Made by a program: the position numbers and the translations under genes | The notes under the pieces: generated by a model | Told to the model about the DNA's origin: nothing | Databases searched by the model: none | Seen by the model: only the letters and a program-made list of their open reading frames with translations | Part shown: one piece after another, positions 1 through 8,228 of the stretch | Layout of the letters: each line of letters starts with the position of its first letter | How positions within the stretch are numbered: position 1 is the stretch's first letter | NCBI RefSeq assembly: GCF_004365815.1 | Contig: NZ_SODD01000026.1 | Location: 1,044-33,043, forward strand | DNA from: Breznakia blatticola | Lineage (GTDB): Bacteria > Bacillota_I > Bacilli_A > Erysipelotrichales > Erysipelotrichaceae | DNA: 32,000 bases | Reading direction: 5' to 3'

Positions 1-1612
1 CTTTAACAAATACATAAAGGGTATAAATGATGGTATAATAAAAGCAGATAAAATATCTGAAGATGAATACATGAATGCAGTACTAGGATCTAAGTTTGCA
101 CATGATATGGAAGCGGATGATTTTATATCTGGATTAAGCTTTGTCTTAGATTGTATACCTGTCGTAGGTGGTATAAAAAATATTGCAGAAGCATGTTCTG
201 GAACAACTATGACAGGAGAAAAACTATCTGATGATGAAAGAGTCATGTTGGGAGTTGGAGGACTGTTATCAATTGGAATTGATATAGCTACGTTTGGTTC
301 ACTAAGTGGAGCTACAACAGCAGCAAAAGTAGGAAGTTTCACAATCAAAGTAGGAATAGAAACAGGACAAGCAATGGTGATAGGTCTAGGTAGTCAATAC
401 CTGATAGAAAATGGATGTAATCCACTATTGGCATTTGCTATTATGGCAGGAGCAACTGTAGCAGGTGGAGCAGCATTTAGTAAAGTAACCGCAAAACCAT
501 CTATCAAACTTGATTTAGACACTCTAGCAAGTAAAGGAATTAATAATGTAGATGAACTAGCAAAACATGGAATCACAAGTATGGATGATCTTGCTAAGCT
601 AGGTGTAAAGAATAGTGATGATCTAGCTAAACTAGGAATTAAAAATGCAGATGACTTGGCAAAATTTGGAGTAAATAGTTTAGAAGATTTAAAACATATT
701 GGTTTAGGTGATTTAGCAACCTATAAAAGTATTGATGATATCTTTGATAGCAAGAAAAGCTTCATGGATATGATGGATGCAACAGAGGCAGCAAGATATG
801 AAAAATATCTAAGTTCTAAATTAACAGATGGATTGCCACCAAATATGGATATGGATGACTATTTGCGATATCAAAAAGCATTAAATAAACTAGATGAAAT
901 AAGTGCATACAACAAAGTAAATGGAAATGCGATTCTTGATATAAGAAGAGAAGCAGATAACTTACTAAAATATGGAGTGAAAAATACAAGTGATTTAGGA
1001 AAGTTAGGAATCACAAGTATAGATGACTTAACAAAACTAGGAATCAAAAACACAGATGATTTACTAAGTTTAGGAGTTAAGAATATCGATGACCTTAAGC
1101 AGGTAGGTATTAAAGGTTTAGATGAATTTAATTCGATAGATAAAATTTTTAAGGGCTTGGGGAATGAAGAGCGTCTAATTCCAGGTATGGATGGAGTTGT
1201 GACTGGTGGTAATTCTACAAAGCTTGGTAAGAATATGCTTGGGGATATGGGTGTTAATGGTTCAAAATGGAGCGGTTATCAAGCACAGCATATTATTCCC
1301 GCTGAAGCCATGAATCACCCAGTAATTCAGAAAATAGGTATGGATTTTGATGATGCATCAAATGGATTGTTCTTAAGAACTACCGATGATGGTATTAGTA
1401 CAATGTCAAGACATAAAGGATATCATTCTACATACAATGATTTTGTACTTTCAGAATTAGATAAAATAGATATAGCACAAAGTAGTGTCGCTATTCAAAA
1501 ACAAGTTTTGGATTTGCAATCTAAATTAATCACATTACAAAAAAGCGGATTACCTCTTTATCCTAAGCAAGGTGCAAGTATTGATTTGTGGGAGAGATGG
1601 TTTTATAAATAA
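1..1612 (+). CDS. Polymorphic toxin (N-terminus outside window): PT-TG pre-toxin segment, two blocks of ~11-aa tandem repeats, C-terminal HNH/EndoVII-fold nuclease of the AHH-like clade
   Basis: The frame of ORF 71..1612 stays open back to nt 2 (FNKYIKGINDGIIKADKISEDEY precedes the listed Met), so the true start lies upstream of the window. DCIPVVGGIKNIAEACSGTTMTGEKLSDDER followed by a Gly/Ala/Ile-rich hydrophobic stretch fits the PT-TG pattern. Nt ~530-750 and ~952-1155 encode DDLAKLGIKNx-type repeats. The C-terminus YQAQHIIPAE..NGLFL..SRHKGYHSTYNDFV fits the AHH-clade layout, with A-Q-H here rather than A-H-H. Motif recognition only. Confidence 0.7.
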   Translation, partial: FNKYIKGINDGIIKADKISEDEYMNAVLGSKFAHDMEADDFISGLSFVLDCIPVVGGIKNIAEACSGTTMTGEKLSDDERVMLGVGGLLSIGIDIATFGSLSGATTAAKVGSFTIKVGIETGQAMVIGLGSQYLIENGCNPLLAFAIMAGATVAGGAAFSKVTAKPSIKLDLDTLASKGINNVDELAKHGITSMDDLAKLGVKNSDDLAKLGIKNADDLAKFGVNSLEDLKHIGLGDLATYKSIDDIFDSKKSFMDMMDATEAARYEKYLSSKLTDGLPPNMDMDDYLRYQKALNKLDEISAYNKVNGNAILDIRREADNLLKYGVKNTSDLGKLGITSIDDLTKLGIKNTDDLLSLGVKNIDDLKQVGIKGLDEFNSIDKIFKGLGNEERLIPGMDGVVTGGNSTKLGKNMLGDMGVNGSKWSGYQAQHIIPAEAMNHPVIQKIGMDFDDASNGLFLRTTDDGISTMSRHKGYHSTYNDFVLSELDKIDIAQSSVAIQKQVLDLQSKLITLQKSGLPLYPKQGASIDLWERWFYK

Positions 1613-1623
1613 AGGAGGATAAA

Positions 1624-2076
1624 ATGATTATGACAGAAGCTCAACAAAGAATTATAAATCATTTATTATATGAAGCAAATGATGATAAAGTAATAAAGGC
1701 ATTACATGGAATAAAAGATACCGATATTATATATATATATATGTTTAATTATAATTGGGATAATGGCTTTGATATACCTAATGAAATTATAAATCATCCT
1801 TACTGTGATTTAAGTACGGCACTCATGATGTTTTATCATGCTGATGGGGATGCCTTTTTAGAGGACAAAAGAGTTAATGAACAACTCAAGAAATGGTTTG
1901 ATTTTATTAAATTACTATATTCGTTAATTTTAGGCTGTAAATATAAGAAGAGTGATATAAAATTTAGCCCTCCACTTTCTAGGGTGCAAATATTTAAGTT
2001 AAAAAAAATATTATCTCCTAATGAGAATATATTTATTGAGGAATTCGGAAACAGAAATTTAAATATTATCGTTTAG
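1624..2076 (+). CDS. Putative cognate immunity protein of the upstream nuclease toxin (DUF4274-like by motif)
   Basis: Starts 11 nt after the toxin stop, behind AGGAGG. 150 aa, with no signal peptide or TM segment. The position is typical of an immunity gene. YNWDNGFDIPNEIINHPYCDLSTALMMFY resembles the DUF4274 core as I remember it. Confidence 0.55.
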   Translation: MIMTEAQQRIINHLLYEANDDKVIKALHGIKDTDIIYIYMFNYNWDNGFDIPNEIINHPYCDLSTALMMFYHADGDAFLEDKRVNEQLKKWFDFIKLLYSLILGCKYKKSDIKFSPPLSRVQIFKLKKILSPNENIFIEEFGNRNLNIIV

Positions 2077-2210
2077 TGGTTTAAAGTGATCTATCTTAAT
2101 GTGTGGTTACATTGTAAAGAAAGAGAATTCGTACCAAATATGTTAGTTGGTGCCAAAAAGAATGGAGTCGTAGAAAAAGTAATATTCTAGTTAAATAACA
2201 ACATCAAAAT

Positions 2211-2258
2211 AAAATGCATCTAGATAAGTGTAATCAAGACATCTACAGATGCATTTTT
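2211..2258 (+). terminator. Rho-independent terminator of the first toxin-immunity pair
   Basis: AAAATGCATCTAGAT ... ATCTACAGATGCATTTT forms a long imperfect hairpin followed by a T-run. Confidence 0.55.
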
Positions 2259-2286
2259 ATATAATGATGCAATTATTCAAGGTTAT

Positions 2287-2324
2287 AAAGTGAACAAAGT
2301 ATAATAAAGTGAACAAAGTATAAT
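2287..2324. repeat. Tandem direct repeat, 2 x 19 nt (AAAGTGAACAAAGTATAAT)
   Basis: Read directly in ggttatAAAGTGAACAAAGTATAATAAAGTGAACAAAGTATAATaagg. It lies in an intergenic region. Confidence 0.8.
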
Positions 2325-2735
2325 AAGGAAATAACGGCATATAGTAAAATAAGTAAATTTGCAATTCTTGACAAAAAATAGAAGCATAAAACTTACAAAA
2401 TATGAAGTAAAAAAACTCAGGCATTTCAAGAGAACTAGAAATCAAAATTTTGATAGAGCAGCAACAGTTTTAGTAATGTTAAGGGCTATTGTCAATAAAA
2501 CATGGATTCCTAAGGGAATTAATGAGCAGATAATGTCAAGTGGATACACATGGTATGAGTTGAATAATGCAGAGATTATGATATTTTTCAGTGTAAAAAA
2601 GACTTCGTAGGGATTTATGTCTCTCAGAAAATAAAAGACATTATTGAAGAGAATGATTGAATCGGATTTGTATTATATAAGCAAGATATTATTAAAATTA
2701 AGTAAGTAAATTTTTTTTGCAATTGTCTAGAGAAA

Positions 2736-2756
2736 GGCGTTTATGAAAGTAACTAT
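2736..2756 (+). repeat. Left copy of 21-nt exact direct repeat GGCGTTTATGAAAGTAACTAT (scar of the DsbA-family gene 5' end)
   Basis: Identical to 16730-16750. Here it reads ATG AAA GTA ACT ATC ATT TAG, which is the first five codons of the gene at 16737 followed by a stop. Confidence 0.85.
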
Positions 2757-3180
2757 CATTTAGAATATACCTGTCTTTTTTTGTAATGAATCATCAATAT
2801 CTATTATGAAATTTACTGACAAAAGTGCTGTGATAGTTAATCGGCTCATCCATTAAACACAAAAAATACTTTTAATAATTCTTTTGAATGACTTAAACTT
2901 TGGAGTGTTAATATACTCAAATGTTGTAATGACACTTGGTTGGTAAAAGTCATTTTTTATCTTCAGCGTGAATTTCGAAGGGGTAATATTGACTAGTGAC
3001 ATCAAGTGTTGCTATATTAATAGTCATTCTTCTTACGTTGTCTCAATCACAATCGAGCCAAAATAAACCTAGTATCAACCTATATTTTGCGAGTGTTTAC
3101 ATGCAAAATAGCACATAGTAAATTAACCTACGTTTTTGAAAGAATAGTCAGAAAGTATTAGTTATAGAATGATAAGTTAA

Positions 3181-3209
3181 TTGAAGGCTAATGTATAAAG
3201 TGTTATAAT
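3181..3209 (+). promoter_or_regulatory. Sigma-A-type promoter of the toxin operon (TTGAAG - 17 nt - TGtTATAAT)
   Basis: A -35 TTGAAG (3181-3186), an exact 17-nt spacer ending in TGT (extended -10), and a consensus TATAAT (3204-3209), about 105 nt upstream of the first operon gene. Confidence 0.55.
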
Positions 3210-3313
3210 TTAGCCATTAAAAAAGCAAGAAGGGAAAAGAAAAACAATTTAAAATAAGTTTAATGGAATCCATTAACTTGGGTTCTGTTTTAATGTAGAG
3301 GGGGGTATAAATA

Positions 3314-3685
3314 ATGGGATGGTTTAGTAAAACCTATGTGCAAGAAATGATTGATGAGTTTGAAGATTTAATTTGCGATATCAATAGCACAATTACAAAG
3401 ATGGAAAGTAATTTAAGCACCTTGAAAACAGATGTAAAATCCATTCATAGTAAATTAGGTACATATACAGAAGCTAAAGGGTCTTACACAGATATTTATT
3501 ACAAGAAAATAGGGGAAAGTAAAGAAGATTTCAATGTTGTGTATAATAAGTATCAAGATGCTATAGATGCACTAAAGGTGAAAAAGAGAAGAGCAGAATA
3601 CGTGTTAAGTCAATTCGAGGATTATCGTAGAAAAGAAGTAAATCAAGACATAGAATATAGTGCAAATGAAGTTTACATTAACTAG
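3314..3685 (+). CDS. Small alpha-helical/coiled-coil protein, Lap/YwqH(DUF5082)-like T7SS toxin partner (inferred)
   Basis: Strong SD (GAGGGGGG). 123 aa rich in E/K/L with a coiled-coil look. It is the first gene of an operon that ends in a PT-TG toxin. Size and position match the helical partner proteins encoded upstream of LXG-type toxins. Confidence 0.5.
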   Translation: MGWFSKTYVQEMIDEFEDLICDINSTITKMESNLSTLKTDVKSIHSKLGTYTEAKGSYTDIYYKKIGESKEDFNVVYNKYQDAIDALKVKKRRAEYVLSQFEDYRRKEVNQDIEYSANEVYIN

Positions 3686-3697
3686 CGGAGGAGAATT

Positions 3698-4033
3698 ATG
3701 AGTGCAGATAAATACATTTTTGATCCTGCGGTAGTAACGAGGGTCATAAAAGAACAAAGACATGTTCGCAGTGAACTACAAGAGATTTATAAGAGTGCAA
3801 TTGAACTAAGAAGTAAAATTGATAGTGGCATTAGTTGGAAGGGTAAACAAAAGGACGTTTTACTGAATATGTTAGATGCTGTGATTTTATATCATGGTGA
3901 TGTAACTGGTGGAAAAGATGGAAAAAATAATAGTCCTTACGATGCATTAATTAGTGCATTAACAAACTTAGAGAAAAGTTTGAATGTATCTGTTAATGAT
4001 ATTCCTGCTTATAAGGAGATTTCAAAAGTATGA
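3698..4033 (+). CDS. Small helical WXG100-like protein (YwqI/DUF5344- or Lap-like, inferred)
   Basis: GGAGG SD. 111 aa, helical, with a central W-x-G (ISWKGKQ). Its stop overlaps the next start (ATGA). Confidence 0.5.
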   Translation: MSADKYIFDPAVVTRVIKEQRHVRSELQEIYKSAIELRSKIDSGISWKGKQKDVLLNMLDAVILYHGDVTGGKDGKNNSPYDALISALTNLEKSLNVSVNDIPAYKEISKV

Positions 4034-4683
4034 TTGCATTAAATACAAATGAGATTCTTGCCTTAAACGGACTATTGGATAGTGAAGCGATCCATGGAAT
4101 CAAACTTCCAACAGTACCACAAGAACAAGAAGAAGCAGTAACCAAAGAAGTAATCGAGTCACTCACGGAAAAAGAGTTTTTTATTGATGGGAAGATGAGT
4201 GATAAATTGTTTGCGATTACACAATTGTTAGAAGAATACAAAACGAGTGAACGATATGTATTTATAAATCAAATGCGTATTGGATTAAAAGATGAAGATG
4301 AAGTTACTTTTTTAGAAATTAATGAAGATGAAACTATTTATCTAGGACGTATCCAAAGAGTAAATATAGTAAAACAAATTGTTGGCAATAGTGAGTTTTT
4401 GAAGAAGGAACAAAAAACACGTTACTTTGGAAATGAAGAAAAGGATTGTAGTTTTGATGAATACACAGAGTATGTAAATAGTAAAAATGATGAATGGAAA
4501 GATATGATAGTTATCCAAGTTTATCAAGAAGAACAACTACAAAACTTTTATACATATTATATGAGTGATAATGAGGGATATTGCTACAACCATTTACGTA
4601 AAACAAGTAAAGAAAAAGGGCCGAAAGATATACGACAAGACTTAATCGATATTCTTGAGGTAGTAGGTGATCGCAATGAGTGA
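4030..4683 (+). CDS. Unclassified 217-aa acidic soluble protein, candidate toxin chaperone/adaptor
   Basis: Translationally coupled on both sides. No TM segment, no signal peptide, and no motif I can name. Confidence 0.6.
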   Translation: MIALNTNEILALNGLLDSEAIHGIKLPTVPQEQEEAVTKEVIESLTEKEFFIDGKMSDKLFAITQLLEEYKTSERYVFINQMRIGLKDEDEVTFLEINEDETIYLGRIQRVNIVKQIVGNSEFLKKEQKTRYFGNEEKDCSFDEYTEYVNSKNDEWKDMIVIQVYQEEQLQNFYTYYMSDNEGYCYNHLRKTSKEKGPKDIRQDLIDILEVVGDRNE

Positions 4684-5248
4684 TGTTACAGGAGTTACAA
4701 GTACTCAAGGTGTTGAAGTTTCAATCGGCGAAGAGAGTTATGAAATTGCAATGGAGTTTAGTAATTTAGTTGCAAGACTTGCGAGTGCTCAAAATGATTT
4801 CAATAAAAGTGCAGCATTTATGAGTGCATCAGAAGGTAGTATTATTGGAAAACAACTTGCTGAATCAATAATGACAAAAATGTCTGGATTGTTTGGACCA
4901 AACAAACAAGCAATACCATCAAATAGTCCAATACGGCCTGTAGGTGATGGAGAAGTTATGTATGAAGGTAAGGCAAGTGAAGAGATAGCGAATGCTACAG
5001 CAACACTGTCTACACATATTGATAACCTTATGAATTTTTACTCAATGTGCTCAGAATATATCAACCAAGCATGGGAAGCAATGGTTGAAAAAGATAAAGA
5101 GTTAGCGGATAAAATCTCTTTTAATTATATTGTTGAGCATAAGGAAGAGTATCGAAAGATACTTGAAGATGACTATGGTATCGATGCCGATGCATTACAA
5201 AAAGTTTCCCTTGAAAAAGATAGTAATCAAGGAGGCACAACAGCATGA
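4676..5248 (+). CDS. Unclassified ~190-aa helical protein encoded immediately upstream of, and coupled to, the toxin
   Basis: ATG 4676 sits behind AGGTGA. The track lists an upstream GTG at 4667, so the start is uncertain. The stop overlaps the toxin ATG (ATGA). Its last 89 codons are duplicated verbatim at 8909-9179. Confidence 0.6.
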   Translation: MSDVTGVTSTQGVEVSIGEESYEIAMEFSNLVARLASAQNDFNKSAAFMSASEGSIIGKQLAESIMTKMSGLFGPNKQAIPSNSPIRPVGDGEVMYEGKASEEIANATATLSTHIDNLMNFYSMCSEYINQAWEAMVEKDKELADKISFNYIVEHKEEYRKILEDDYGIDADALQKVSLEKDSNQGGTTA

Positions 5249-6246
5249 CAAAAACCAAAATTGTATGTACAAGATGGGAAGACAATGAAGTAAAAAATAA
5301 TGCGATGTTGTCAAATCTTATCAGTCTTGATTTAGATGGACCAGTAAATAGAATTAATGCTGAGTTTGCAAGGTTACCACATATTGCGAAAATTAGTTAT
5401 AGTAATTTAAATGAAAAAAAGAATACTGCTATGTATGGCTTATCAACTATATCTGGGTATGTTACAAAAATCATTGATTATATTGATGAGTACATCGATG
5501 ATCCATTCTACAAAAAATTAAATGGACCAACAGGAGTTCTGGAACGTTTGGAAAAAATCCGTTTGGATGACTCAAAATATCAAGTGAAAAACACAGCAGG
5601 TATTGAAACAGAAAAAACGGTTTATATTACAGATCCATATACACATCAAACAAAAGCTGAAGTAGTTAAGGAAGTAAAAAACAAAATCAGCATTGAAGAT
5701 ATGTTGAAGACTAGTGGGGTAAAAGGAAGTAGCAGTATTCCGACATTCAAAGATTTATATAAGGAACAGTTTGACCAACAAAGTAAGGCGAATCCGGATT
5801 TGAAGTATAGTGAATATGTTGATCAACTTATTCATAGAGCAGACATTAGTCATAGTGTGGATGCAGGATGGCTAAATGTAGTAAGTGATGTACTAGATAT
5901 AGTAGGTATTGTATCTATTGTTGGAATATTTACAGGTAAAGATTTTATTACTGGAGAAATCTATACGAAAGCGGAACGCGATGCAGCCTTAATTAATGGT
6001 ATAATAAGTATAGGAAGTTTAGCTTTTGCTGGAGTTGGGCTCGTAGGAAGTGGACTAAAAGCAACGGCAGTTGGATTAGGAAAGGCAGTAGCATTGGATA
6101 TGGCAGCTGGTGCAGCTGGTATGGGGGCAGGAGCAGTAGCTGGAGCACTAGGTGCACCAGATGAACTTCGTGCCTTGATTACAATTGGAACAGCAATGGG
6201 TGCTGGGTATGGACTTGGAAAGATAACCAATAAAAATATAAATAAA
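4978..6246 (+). repeat. Copy 1 of a 1269-bp direct repeat (3' part of the 190-aa gene plus the first ~334 codons of the toxin)
   Basis: Hand alignment with 8909-10177 (offset 3931). 4978-5966 is identical. There are 12 substitutions between 5967 and 6228, all synonymous. Similarity ends at 6246. Confidence 0.9.
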
Positions 6247-6762
6247 GCTAGTAAGGGTTCGGGTGCTAATTTAGATAATATTAATGGATTTGCTAAAGGA
6301 AATAAGAATTTCGATGATGTAGTAGATGATTATGCAAGGATTTACGCAGATAAAGTTAAAAGTAATAAGAGTTGGGAATGGATGGATATTGAAGGTGCTG
6401 AAAACCTTACGCCAAAACAAATGAAAGAAATTCGAGAATTAGCAAAAACTAATGGTTATATACCAAATATTCAGTTGAAGCCAGGAACTAACTACCCTGA
6501 TTTTGAAAGTTCTGATGTTATTTATAAAGTTAATGGAAATCCTGTTATAGAACAATTACCAGAAGATTTATGGCTAAAAGGAGATAAAGCACAATTTGAT
6601 TATCTAGACTCACAGTTGCCCGGTGGGGTTAGACCAAAAGGGTATACTTGGCACCATAGCGAAATATCCGGCAGAATGGAGTTAGTTGAATATGGTATTC
6701 ATAACTCTACATGGCATAAAGGCGGTAGAGCACCTGGCGGTTGGGCCGATGCAAAAAGATAG
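5245..6762 (+). CDS. Polymorphic toxin: unclassified ~200-aa N-terminal domain, PT-TG/Gly-Ala-rich segment, C-terminal WHH-type HNH/EndoVII nuclease
   Basis: AGGAGG SD. IVGIFTGKDFITGEIYTKAERD followed by a long G/A-rich hydrophobic stretch fits PT-TG. The C-terminus GYTWHHSEISGRMELVEYGIHNSTWHKGGR fits the WHH family signature. A SUKH immunity gene follows. Confidence 0.8.
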   Translation: MTKTKIVCTRWEDNEVKNNAMLSNLISLDLDGPVNRINAEFARLPHIAKISYSNLNEKKNTAMYGLSTISGYVTKIIDYIDEYIDDPFYKKLNGPTGVLERLEKIRLDDSKYQVKNTAGIETEKTVYITDPYTHQTKAEVVKEVKNKISIEDMLKTSGVKGSSSIPTFKDLYKEQFDQQSKANPDLKYSEYVDQLIHRADISHSVDAGWLNVVSDVLDIVGIVSIVGIFTGKDFITGEIYTKAERDAALINGIISIGSLAFAGVGLVGSGLKATAVGLGKAVALDMAAGAAGMGAGAVAGALGAPDELRALITIGTAMGAGYGLGKITNKNINKASKGSGANLDNINGFAKGNKNFDDVVDDYARIYADKVKSNKSWEWMDIEGAENLTPKQMKEIRELAKTNGYIPNIQLKPGTNYPDFESSDVIYKVNGNPVIEQLPEDLWLKGDKAQFDYLDSQLPGGVRPKGYTWHHSEISGRMELVEYGIHNSTWHKGGRAPGGWADAKR

Positions 6763-6774
6763 GAGGAATTATTA

Positions 6775-7248
6775 ATGTTTGAAAGAAGTGATATGAATGT
6801 GCTTCCTTCACCTTCGAAGGAGCAAATAATAAAAACTGAAAGATTTTACAGAATAAGTTTGCCAGAAGATTATGTAGAATTTATTAAAAATTATAATGGA
6901 GCAATACCTAAGAAAAATGCATTTACAATTGATGGAAGGGAGTATTTAGTAGAAAGATTTCTTTGTATATTAGGAAACTTGAAAAATGATTATGAAGAAG
7001 GTTGGGCTGACATAGGTGTTATTATAACCCAAATATTTGATAGACTTACTGATAGTCCGGATGAGCTGGGAATGAAAATAATACCAATTGCAGCATTGTT
7101 TGCAGGAGATTTTGTTTGCTTAGATTTTAGGGTAAATAAAAAAGATCCAAACGTTTGTATTTGGTATCACGAGACATCGGATGAGTTTAAGCCAGACACT
7201 AAAAAAGTTGCTAGAAATTTCACAGATTTTTTAGAAATGCTTAAATAA
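6775..7248 (+). CDS. SMI1/KNR4 (SUKH-1) family immunity protein
   Basis: Starts 12 nt after the toxin stop, behind AGGAGG. ISLPEDYVEFIKNYNGAIP is the classic SUKH N-terminal motif. 157 aa. Confidence 0.8.
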   Translation: MFERSDMNVLPSPSKEQIIKTERFYRISLPEDYVEFIKNYNGAIPKKNAFTIDGREYLVERFLCILGNLKNDYEEGWADIGVIITQIFDRLTDSPDELGMKIIPIAALFAGDFVCLDFRVNKKDPNVCIWYHETSDEFKPDTKKVARNFTDFLEMLK

Positions 7249-7433
7249 TGAAAGTGCAGTGAATGATTTTCCTTGCCCCCAGGCGCGCCAACGGCAAAGT
7301 GCCAAAGGAGTGGTGCTGGGCGAGGATGTAATACCGCCCTGCGCTAACGTCAACAAACAATAAAATACTGGATAAACATGGGACAATAAGCGAAAAAGGG
7401 CTTACCCCATAATATTTGAAAATGATAGAAATA

Positions 7434-7507
7434 ACGCCTCATTTTGAACTCTGCGTATACATCAAAATGAGACGTTTTTTATTACCGAGGGGCTTCGCCC
7501 CTTTTTT
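7434..7507 (+). terminator. Two consecutive rho-independent terminators
   Basis: The first is ACGCCTCATTTTGA..TCAAAATGAGACGT plus TTTTTT (7434-7480). The second is AGGGGCTTCGCCCCT plus TTTTTT (7488-7507). Confidence 0.6.
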
Positions 7508-7589
7508 GGTACATCGCAGAAACTTGGGGTGAGCAGAAAAAACACAAGTAAATAAGTTGGGGTGAAAAGTACCCCAAACTTCTTAAGAG

Positions 7590-8225
7590 ACGGTGTAAAA
7601 ATTTTTGTGCAAAGTATCCTCCCTTGGTAGAATGAAAATAACTACCAAAGGAGGATTTTTAATATGAGTAAGAAAGATATCATTAAAATGATAAGAGAAG
7701 AATATGGTGTAACGAATGCTTTAAAAGATCTAATAGGTGATACTCTCCAAGATATGCTTAATTCAGAATTTGATGAGCACATGGGATATGAGAAACACGA
7801 CCAGTCTGAACTCAAAGACAATTATCGTAATGGTAGTTCTAAGAAAAATGTAAAAACTACACAAGGTGAAATAGAACTAAATATACCAAGAGACAGAAAT
7901 GCAACTTTTGATCCAATGGTTATAGAAAAGCATAATCGAGATATATCTGACATTGATCATAAAATCATAAATTTATATGCTAGAGGTATGTCAACACGTG
8001 ATATTAGCGATTCTATAAAAGACATCTATGGAGTTGATGTTAGTGCTACTATGATTAGTAAAATTACGGATAAGATTATGCCGAAAGCTTTAGAATGGCA
8101 AAATAGAGCGTGTACACGGTTTATCCAATCGTATTTATTGATTGCGTACATTTTAATGTGAAGAATGAAAATATGGTAAGCAAGAAGGCTGCTTATGTAG
8201 TTTTAGGCGTTACAGAAACTAGATT
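7590..8225 (+). mobile_element. IS256-family insertion sequence remnant (left end plus frameshifted, 3'-truncated transposase pseudogene 7664-8225)
   Basis: ORF 7664..8161 has the IS256/mutator-type N-terminus (DEHMGYEKH..NYRNGSSKK..IPRDRN..FDP..INLYARGMSTRDI..EWQNR). After a frameshift near 8107-8112 it continues as VYTVYPIVFIDCVHFNVKNENMVSKKAAYVVLGV and then stops about 185 aa in; intact members are roughly 400 aa. A GTGTAAAA-type terminal motif lies near 7600. Confidence 0.75.
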
Positions 8226-8228
8226 ATG

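Noticed and set aside
394-1053. Minus-strand ORFs 394..576 and 871..1053
   Set aside because: Both lie antisense inside a well-supported toxin gene, have low-complexity translations and lack an SD. They are typical shadow ORFs.
2287-2324. Possible CRISPR array
   Set aside because: There are only two contiguous 19-nt units, with no spacers and no cas genes. No CRISPR-like array was seen anywhere in the window.
2359-2610. 83-aa + strand ORF in the spacer after the first toxin pair
   Set aside because: It has a TTG start with no SD and a basic low-complexity product with no recognisable motif. It sits in an ORF-poor, probably decayed region. It is not supportable as a gene, although a relic cannot be excluded.
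2760-3180. Possible decayed transposase on the minus strand of the ORF-poor spacer
   Set aside because: Translations are broken by many stops, and I could not tie them to a specific family. The idea is too speculative to annotate.
5245-5850. Calling the toxin N-terminal domain an LXG domain (there is an L-D-G at SLDLDGPV)
   Set aside because: A single L-x-G tripeptide is not evidence. I could not match the rest to the LXG pattern from memory, so the domain is left unclassified pending a profile search.
5961-6230. 89-aa minus-strand ORF (PAP/AAP-rich)
   Set aside because: It is the antisense reading of the Gly/Ala-rich PT-TG coding region, so it is a compositional artefact.
7263-7331. 22-codon ORF (MIFLAPRRANGKVPKEWCWARM) and a GGCGCGCC palindrome in the GC-rich island
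   Set aside because: There is no SD, it is very short, and the palindrome is only 8 bp. The region is reported only as an unexplained GC-rich segment.
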